Virus record (IMG/VR): IMGVR_UViG_3300011982_000015
Location: 1 to 6,265 of that record
Length of the DNA: 6,265 bases
Source of the DNA: a virus
Reading direction: 5' to 3' (one strand)
Shown: piece by piece, positions 1 through 4,937 of the stretch
Layout: every line of letters starts with the position of its first letter
Position numbering within the stretch: position 1 is the stretch's first letter
Made by a program: the position numbers and the translations under genes
The notes under the pieces: generated by a model
Told to the model about the DNA's origin: nothing
Databases searched by the model: none
What the model saw: only the letters and a program-made list of their open reading frames with translations

Positions 1-99
1 CGATGATAGTTTCGACATTGCTACGTTTACTACTGATGTTACTATTGATGATATGTATAGTAGTTCGGATACATTGTCGGCAGACGGTCGTACAGGTGA
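1..99. repeat. Left copy of an exact 99-nt terminal direct repeat, identical to 6167-6265. This is the circular-genome overlap.
   Basis: Base-by-base comparison by eye: cgatgatagtttcgacattgctacg...cggtcgtacaggtga occurs at both window ends. The capsid reading frame is continuous across the junction. Confidence 0.97.
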
Positions 100-799
100 G
101 CCTTTGGGAAAACGTGGAGGACGTGGAGACGGTTATTCGAATGATAATTCGTTTAAATTCAAAGCTAAACAATTCGGTTTTGTTATTGGCTTCTGTGCTG
201 TGTATCCTCAAAACTATTATTTCCAAGGAGACGAAGCGCAGCTTTATATGACAACCAGGTTTATGTTTCCAGAGCCTACTTTTGATTGCTTAGGCTACGA
301 ACTTACACCATTGGCTACTATTTATGATAATAGCGGTTTAGCGATTGATGATTCTGATAACTTGAGTAATAAGTCGTTCGGTTATCTTCCTCGCTATTCA
401 ATGTTCAAGACCAAAAAGAACTTGGTTAACGGAGATATGCGTTTACGCTCTACTCGTGATAGCTTCTTGTCGTTTTATCTTGATAGGTACGTGCAGCTTA
501 AGGAAGTGTACCAAGATGGTAAAGACAAAGCTGTTATCATTCGTAACGATATTCCCGATGCAGGTGTTGCTTGGCGTTTTAATTTACGCTATCCTCAACT
601 TTGTTTCCCAAACCGAATATTTTTGAATTCGGGTAATACGTTGCAAGAGGATTTGAAGTTTTCGAGACTTGACGATAATTTTACAATTCAATGCCGTATA
701 TCGGCAGAGGTTGTGAACTCTTTAAAGCCTTTGTCGCAAAGCTTTGACACTTACGACCCAGATGTTGATGGTGCGACTACAACCGTATCAAATGTGTAG
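2..799 (+). CDS. VP1: Major capsid protein VP1 (phiX F-like), C-terminal part. It continues the ORF that starts at 4938 after circular closure. The track ORF 53..799 is the same frame counted from an internal Met. Stop codon TAG at 797-799.
   Basis: Position 2 equals position 6168, which is in frame with the ATG at 4938 (1230 nt = 410 codons). There is no stop from 4938 to 6265 or from 2 to 796. The joined length is 2028 nt, or 675 aa. Its size and its position directly upstream of the pilot gene are typical for Microviridae VP1. Confidence 0.9.
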   Translation, partial: DDSFDIATFTTDVTIDDMYSSSDTLSADGRTGEPLGKRGGRGDGYSNDNSFKFKAKQFGFVIGFCAVYPQNYYFQGDEAQLYMTTRFMFPEPTFDCLGYELTPLATIYDNSGLAIDDSDNLSNKSFGYLPRYSMFKTKKNLVNGDMRLRSTRDSFLSFYLDRYVQLKEVYQDGKDKAVIIRNDIPDAGVAWRFNLRYPQLCFPNRIFLNSGNTLQEDLKFSRLDDNFTIQCRISAEVVNSLKPLSQSFDTYDPDVDGATTTVSNV

Positions 800-817
800 T
801 TATTATTTGTTTACTAT

Positions 818-850
818 GGAGGGTTTTATTACCCTCCTTTTAATTTTTTT
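818..850 (+). terminator. Rho-independent terminator or attenuator directly after VP1.
   Basis: A perfect 7-bp stem GGAGGGT (818-824) / ACCCTCC (831-837) with a 6-nt loop TTTATT, followed immediately by TTTTAATTTTTTT (838-850). Confidence 0.7.
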
Positions 851-854
851 GTTT

Positions 855-2177
855 ATGTTTGGTGCATTGTTAGGCGGTGTTGTTTCCGCTGGTTTAGGTG
901 CTTTGAATAAATGGGTATCTAATAAAATTGATTCGTCTTCACAAATAAAGACGTATAAACGAAAAGCTGCTATTGATTATGAGTATGCGCAGAAAATGGC
1001 AGCAGATAATGACGCATACCAACGTAATTTGATAGTAGACCGTCCCGGAATGGAAAAAGCAGGTATGCAAAATGCAGGTCTTTCTGTCGCTTCTTTGAAC
1101 GCAGGCGGTTTTCAGAATGTTAGTTCCAATGCTGCGCAACAGCACGTGCCAGGTGCTTTACCTCCTCAGACCTCGCCCGATGTTTTAGGCGGTGCGTTGC
1201 AGGCTTTAAATGGTCTTGTTTTAAATAAGACGCTCGACAAATTAGACTCGGAAGTTCATAATCTTGATGCAGACACCGAAAAGAAGTCGCAGGAAGGTGC
1301 TTCGGTTGAGTTGTCTAATATCAAACAGGAGCGTTCTCTTGAAGATGAGCAAGCATTGTCTAATTTGCGCAATGAATTTGTTTATAATGTTACTTCGCAG
1401 AAACTTGGCGGTGAGAATGCGGATATTTCCGTACCTCGTTCGTTTAAATATATGTCAGAAGAGCGTATGTTGGCAATTCTTGGCGGTAATCAGACGAAAG
1501 TGCAGCAGCAAGATACAGCTAATGCGCAGGCTATGGCAGAAAATCAAAAGTATGTTTACGATTTTAACGTCTATCGTTTGTTCAATGATAACCCAGAGAG
1601 TGCAAAAGCTGTTGTTGATGTAACGTTTGCCGAACGTGATAAAATCCAGGAAGAAGTACGAAAGCTTAGGAATGATAACGAGTTGTTCGAATCTTGCGAG
1701 CAATTCTATAAAGCTGCTGTTCAATTGAATTTGATAAAGACTAAGTCGGAGATTTCCAAGAATTACGCAGAAGCAAATCAGCTTGATGCACTTGCTAAAA
1801 ATTATAAAGAGCAGATGAGAGCCATTTTTGGACGTCTTCAAATGGACGGACAATTGGCAAAGCTTGACGGTTTATTGAAAATTATTGACATTAAAGGAAA
1901 GGGTGCAGACCTTGAATTTAATTTTAATAAAATAATGTCCGATTGGATACAGAAAGGCGAACTTGATGTAAAGGCTTTAGGCGTTTGTTTGCTTGGTGGT
2001 TCTGCAGAGCTTTTAAATAGTGTTGGTAAAGGTGTTGGTGCAGGTCTTGGTTTTAAAGGTGCTGCCAAATCTGGCTCAAAAGCCAAACCTGTTAAAGGTT
2101 TTGGCACAGGTAAAAGTAAAGGCAAATCAAATGGAGATACTTATTATGGTAATCTTCCAGGCACTACAATGTGGTAG
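855..2177 (+). CDS. VP2: VP2 minor capsid / DNA pilot protein (phiX H-like), 440 aa from the ATG at 855. The track ORF 744..2177 has in-frame ATGs at 744 and 816, but these lie inside VP1 or inside the terminator hairpin.
   Basis: The N-terminus MFGALLGGVVSAGLGALNKW is a Gly-rich hydrophobic segment. The centre is long, rich in Q/E/K/L/N and coiled-coil-like. The C-terminal tail is Gly/Lys-rich (GKGVGAGLGFKGAAKSGSKAKPVKGFGTGKSKGKSNG). The gene sits immediately 3' of VP1, as in gokushovirus-type and alpavirus-type genomes. The call rests on architecture and synteny, not on a homology search. Confidence 0.78.
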   Translation: MFGALLGGVVSAGLGALNKWVSNKIDSSSQIKTYKRKAAIDYEYAQKMAADNDAYQRNLIVDRPGMEKAGMQNAGLSVASLNAGGFQNVSSNAAQQHVPGALPPQTSPDVLGGALQALNGLVLNKTLDKLDSEVHNLDADTEKKSQEGASVELSNIKQERSLEDEQALSNLRNEFVYNVTSQKLGGENADISVPRSFKYMSEERMLAILGGNQTKVQQQDTANAQAMAENQKYVYDFNVYRLFNDNPESAKAVVDVTFAERDKIQEEVRKLRNDNELFESCEQFYKAAVQLNLIKTKSEISKNYAEANQLDALAKNYKEQMRAIFGRLQMDGQLAKLDGLLKIIDIKGKGADLEFNFNKIMSDWIQKGELDVKALGVCLLGGSAELLNSVGKGVGAGLGFKGAAKSGSKAKPVKGFGTGKSKGKSNGDTYYGNLPGTTMW

Positions 2178-2183
2178 TTTATT

Positions 2184-2215
2184 GTTAGGCGCAGATAATG
2201 CGCCTAACTTTATTT
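2184..2215 (+). terminator. Perfect 10-bp hairpin 7 nt after the VP2 stop. It is a probable intrinsic terminator closing the structural operon. It may instead, or additionally, be an ssDNA structural element.
   Basis: GTTAGGCGCA (2184-2193), loop GATAA, TGCGCCTAAC (2199-2208), followed by TTTATTT. Six of the ten stem pairs are G:C, in an otherwise AT-rich genome. Confidence 0.55.
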
Positions 2216-2347
2216 ACAATATCCGCGCGTATGGTTAGCGGGTGCGGCACTTGCCTACTTATACACAACTGGTACACTTAGTGCCAGCCCCTTGTGGGTC
2301 AATTATGTATCATTTACCCTAATTAAATAATAATTGATTATATATAT

Positions 2348-3715
2348 ATGAGAATAGAAAGAAAGGATTATTTTTCGTTTCGTTCTTACGTTGATATTCC
2401 AGACAATACTGTTATAAACGCGAAGATGCGCCAGGACGGTTATTTTCAGCGTCTTTGTTCATCTGTTGATACTACTTATAAGAAAGGCGGTTGTTGTTTG
2501 ATGTTGTTGCTTACTTATAATAATAATTCGTTGCCTTTTTTTTATAATCCTTTATATAAGGAGTATGCACCTGTATTTGATAGAAATCATTTGTCTACAT
2601 TTTTGAATCGTTTAAAGGTTTATTCTCGTAGACGTTGTTTGTCGGGTTATAAGTATTTTATTTGTATGGAGTATGGTGAGCATACCAAACGGCAGCATTA
2701 CCATTTAATGCTTTTTGTTTCTAATGCTTCGCAGTATCGTGAATATGTAGACCTTGTGCGTCATATTTGGTCGGATAGTTTGGATTATGGTTTCGTTTTC
2801 CCAGATAAAAAGATAGGTTCTTATGAAAAAGCCTTGATGCGCTCTAAAGACGGTGCTTCTTCTTATTGTAGTAAGTATGTTACAAAAGATGTTGCATTTA
2901 TTGGCGAACCTCGTGTTAGACGTTTGAAAGAGTATTACAGACAGTTGGTCGCTCAAGGTAAAGAAGATGATGCGTTAGCCGTCTTGCGTTTGTTTCCTCG
3001 AGTTTTTCAAAGCCAAGGTATAGGAGCAGATTTGTTGTTGCAGCTTCATTCTAACTTTAAAGAGTGTGTTGCCAAAGGCATTTTGAATCCTATTACGAAG
3101 TCTTACGCTCCTATTCCCGAATATGTCAGAAATAAGTATTTTTATAAGAGCGTGAAAGCCTTTGATGGTCGTTTAGGTAAAAGAGATAAGCCTTTGTATG
3201 ATAGAGTATTGAAAGCAGATGAAGAGCAGTATGTTTATTATCAGCTTTCAAAAATAGACAATTTGGCGTTGAAGTATTATAACATTTTGGCTTTAGATAT
3301 TAAGAGTGATTTTGACACTACTGCTTTGAAGTCGTTTTTTGCAGATATTGACGTTATGGATATTTGCCGAAAGCTTGTTATATTTCGCAATTTTTCGTCT
3401 TTGTATTCTTGTAATATGATAGATTATGTCGGTAGTTTAGATGATTTTTTTAATGTAGATGTAGTCAAGAAGTATTTACTTCTGCAGTCAGATACTTATT
3501 CACGTTTTTTAGAGCGTGGAAGACGTACTATGTACTCAAATCTTCAATCTTGCTTCACTGAATATTTTAATATATTTATACTTTTAAATAATACAATTAA
3601 ATTTCTTGATGCAAGATTAGAAAGTGAGTACGAGGAACGTTTTTTACAAGATAATAAAGCTTATGAGTTAAAAAGAGTTAATACGAGAAGATTATTTCCC
3701 CAAAACCTTTGTTAA
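2348..3715 (+). CDS. VP4: Rolling-circle replication initiation protein VP4 (phiX A-like, HUH superfamily I), 455 aa.
   Basis: Motif I LMLLLTYNN (uuTLTY type, residues 51-59). Motif II HUH is QHYHLMLFV, with H117-Y-H119 at nt 2696-2704. Motif III is SSYCSKYVTKD, with two catalytic-type tyrosines Y173 (nt 2864-2866) and Y177 (nt 2876-2878) spaced Y-x3-Y as in the phiX174 A protein. Confidence 0.92.
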   Translation: MRIERKDYFSFRSYVDIPDNTVINAKMRQDGYFQRLCSSVDTTYKKGGCCLMLLLTYNNNSLPFFYNPLYKEYAPVFDRNHLSTFLNRLKVYSRRRCLSGYKYFICMEYGEHTKRQHYHLMLFVSNASQYREYVDLVRHIWSDSLDYGFVFPDKKIGSYEKALMRSKDGASSYCSKYVTKDVAFIGEPRVRRLKEYYRQLVAQGKEDDALAVLRLFPRVFQSQGIGADLLLQLHSNFKECVAKGILNPITKSYAPIPEYVRNKYFYKSVKAFDGRLGKRDKPLYDRVLKADEEQYVYYQLSKIDNLALKYYNILALDIKSDFDTTALKSFFADIDVMDICRKLVIFRNFSSLYSCNMIDYVGSLDDFFNVDVVKKYLLLQSDTYSRFLERGRRTMYSNLQSCFTEYFNIFILLNNTIKFLDARLESEYEERFLQDNKAYELKRVNTRRLFPQNLC

Positions 3716-3738
3716 TTCAAATTTTCTTTGTACCTTTG
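3708..3738 (+). promoter_or_regulatory. Bacteroidetes-type sigma-A promoter driving the 78-aa ORF and the peptidase gene.
   Basis: -33 TTTG (3708-3711), an exact 19-nt spacer, then -7 TACCTTTG (3731-3738, matching TAnnTTTG). The ATG follows at 3765, about 20 nt downstream of the predicted transcription start. The -33 box lies in the last codons of VP4. Confidence 0.55.
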
Positions 3739-3764
3739 CGTTGTAAATAAATAATAATACAATT

Positions 3765-4001
3765 ATGGTACAGAAAGTTAAAATTTTAAAAAGTGATTTT
3801 CATTTTATGCCTATCGGTAGAGGTGCTTATAATGTTAAGTATACTTCGCCTGTTTCTCGCCGTTGGTGGATAGCTCGCATTGAAGATATGCAGCTTATAG
3901 ACGCTACAATGTACGCACCTTATGGTGAGGTGAAAGTTAAGGATTTAGAGATTTTAAAACGTAGAATTAAAGATAATTATTTCGATTGTTATGTTAAGTA
4001 A
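3765..4001 (+). CDS. Hypothetical small basic protein, 78 aa, of unknown function.
   Basis: The ORF starts 26 nt after the promoter -7 box, fills the gap between VP4 and the peptidase, and overlaps or couples with the peptidase start (ATGTTAAGTAA). I recognise no motif. Confidence 0.55.
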   Translation: MVQKVKILKSDFHFMPIGRGAYNVKYTSPVSRRWWIARIEDMQLIDATMYAPYGEVKVKDLEILKRRIKDNYFDCYVK

Positions 4002-4320
4002 GAATTTTATGTACACCGTTCACTATAAGAACGGTGTACCAGCGACAACCTTAAAAGATGTTATGCAGATGTACGTTAATATTATGGCGTATGCTCATTT
4101 TAAACTTTTTGGTAAATATATGGTCGTTACGTCTACTACAGATGGTAAGCACGGTAAAAACTCTTTACATTATAAAGGATTTGCTGTTGATATTCGCATA
4201 AATGATAAGTCCGCCGTACAGATTAATCAGTTTGTAAACTTTCTTAAGTTTCATTTTGACAAGACTTTGGACATTGTTTTAGAACAAGACCACATACACG
4301 TTGAGTATGACCCTAAATAA
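3991..4320 (+). CDS. Minimal zinc D,D- or L,D-peptidase of the LAS / peptidase M15 type, a probable peptidoglycan-degrading endolysin. It is 109 aa. An alternative in-frame start at 4009 would give 103 aa.
   Basis: An exact SxHxxGxAxD signature, S58-L-H60-Y-K-G63-F-A65-V-D67 (nt 4162-4191), which contains the Hx6D zinc ligands. An HxH motif lies near the C-terminus (H101-I-H103, nt 4291-4299). This is the pattern shared by VanY/VanX-type M15 phage endolysins. There is no N-terminal hydrophobic signal. Confidence 0.82.
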   Translation: MLSKNFMYTVHYKNGVPATTLKDVMQMYVNIMAYAHFKLFGKYMVVTSTTDGKHGKNSLHYKGFAVDIRINDKSAVQINQFVNFLKFHFDKTLDIVLEQDHIHVEYDPK

Positions 4321-4332
4321 CGTACATTATTT

Positions 4333-4347
4333 CCCCCAACCCCCCCC
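4333..4347 (+). repeat. Homopolymeric C tract C5-AA-C8, 13 nt after the peptidase stop codon.
   Basis: The sequence reads ttCCCCCaaCCCCCCCCaag. This is very atypical for this AT-rich genome. The 8-mer CAACCCCC (4337-4344) recurs at 4495-4502. Confidence 0.9.
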
Positions 4348-4427
4348 AAGAACAAACAAAAAAGAACCGAAATGGAATAAATACAAAATTAAAAAATGTT
4401 AAAACAAGCGCAGCGTTTTTAATATTT

Positions 4428-4464
4428 TTTGCATTTTTTATTTATGAAATGTAGGTTAACTTTG
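4428..4464 (+). promoter_or_regulatory. Candidate Bacteroidetes-type promoter for the structural (late) operon.
   Basis: TAACTTTG (4457-4464) matches the -7 consensus TAnnTTTG. The nearest upstream TTTG (4428-4431) sits at a non-ideal 25-nt spacing. It lies about 90 nt upstream of the first ORF of the operon (4552). Confidence 0.4.
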
Positions 4465-4551
4465 TGAGTTCTTGGAGAGTTGGAGGAAATGTAACAACCC
4501 CCACGAGTTATTAGTTTTATGTTTAATATAGTATTTTAAAATTGTTTTATT

Positions 4552-4650
4552 ATGGAAAATTTCACACCGGAGGTTATTAACGCTATCATTGCGGTAGTAA
4601 GTTTTATCATTGGTCTGTTTACCAAGACCCCTAAGAAAAGAAAGAAATAA
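4552..4650 (+). CDS. Unannotated 32-aa single-pass membrane micro-protein (MENFTPEVINAIIAVVSFIIGLFTKTPKKRKK). It is a candidate holin-like or lysis-accessory protein.
   Basis: ATG at 4552 and TAA at 4648-4650. The hydrophobic core VINAIIAVVSFIIGLF (about 16-18 residues) is followed by a strongly basic tail KTPKKRKK. The stop is only 2 nt before the next ATG (4653), so the ORF exactly fills the 5' end of the operon. It falls below the length cut-off of the ORF track. Confidence 0.45.
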   Translation: MENFTPEVINAIIAVVSFIIGLFTKTPKKRKK

Positions 4651-4652
4651 CT

Positions 4653-4925
4653 ATGTTTGGAAAAAAACTTCCACAAACATTTTTTGCTTGTGGTCGTAAA
4701 GTTGATAGGTATGCTCTTAGAGAATACCTATCTAAAGGAAAGAAGATTGTTGAGCGTTGCGTACAACCAACTGTTAATCTTCCACCCTATCAAGAGTACG
4801 TTTTGGACACTCTGCTTGAGGCAGGTGTTAAGTTAGAACAATTGAACCCGAATGTTTTGGGTATTTCTCCAATTTCAGACGCTCAAGCAAAACAAGTGCT
4901 TAGCGATTATGAAATAGAACTTTAA
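4653..4925 (+). CDS. Hypothetical 90-aa protein immediately upstream of VP1. It could be a scaffolding or assembly protein, judged by position only.
   Basis: The ORF is tightly packed between the micro-ORF (2-nt gap) and VP1 (12-nt gap). It has a basic N-terminal half and an acidic C-terminus (SDYEIEL). I recognise no motif. Confidence 0.55.
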   Translation: MFGKKLPQTFFACGRKVDRYALREYLSKGKKIVERCVQPTVNLPPYQEYVLDTLLEAGVKLEQLNPNVLGISPISDAQAKQVLSDYEIEL

Positions 4926-4937
4926 AGTTTCTTTATT

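Noticed and set aside
1-99. The terminal 99-nt direct repeat might be a biological feature such as a DTR, LTR or att duplication.
   Set aside because: It lies in the middle of the capsid ORF, and the reading frame is continuous across the junction. This is what a circular genome reported with a k-mer-length assembly overlap looks like. It is not a packaging terminal repeat or an integration duplication.
3-251. An 82-aa + strand ORF (MIVSTLLRLLLMLLLM...).
   Set aside because: It is an alternative frame lying wholly inside VP1. Its Leu/Ile/Met-rich low-complexity product is typical of off-frame translation of T-rich sequence. It begins inside the artefactual overlap and has no independent expression signals.
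744-854. A 5' extension of the VP2 ORF, with ATGs at 744 and 816.
   Set aside because: The extension overlaps the VP1 3' end and runs through the terminator hairpin and T tract. The ATG at 855 gives a typical Gly-rich VP2 N-terminus.
1264-1623. A 119-aa highly basic + strand ORF overprinted on VP2. It could be a phiX-style overlapping gene.
   Set aside because: The same region is also open on the antisense strand (1455-1853, 132 aa). This points to a compositional depletion of stop codons in the repetitive coiled-coil coding region, not a second gene. There are no start context or promoter cues. Only comparative conservation of the frame could rescue it.
939-2125. Minus-strand ORFs 939-1145, 1455-1853 and 1838-2125. 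The last has a Pro-rich product.
   Set aside because: They are antisense to VP2. The Pro-rich product is simply the complement of the Gly-rich VP2 tail. Microviridae genomes are transcribed from one strand only.
2020-2238. A 72-aa + strand ORF spanning the VP2 3' end and the intergenic hairpin. A 27-aa ORF at 2198-2281 was also noted.
   Set aside because: Both are off-frame low-complexity products (LVKVLVQVLVLKV) of the Gly/Lys-rich VP2 tail, and both run through the terminator hairpin. Coding is very unlikely.
2215-2300. A possible tRNA or tRNA-like element. The hint was a GGTTAGCG D-loop-like string flanked by a CCGC/GCGG stem.
   Set aside because: I could not build an acceptor stem, an anticodon arm or a T-arm, and there is no TTCRA loop. 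Only isolated short stems are present.
2340-2349. A (TA)5 microsatellite immediately before and overlapping the VP4 start codon.
   Set aside because: It is short and expected by chance in AT-rich leader sequence. At most it contributes to an unstructured, SD-less translation initiation region.
2705-2956. A minus-strand 83-aa ORF.
   Set aside because: It is antisense to the motif-bearing core of VP4 and shows no features of its own.
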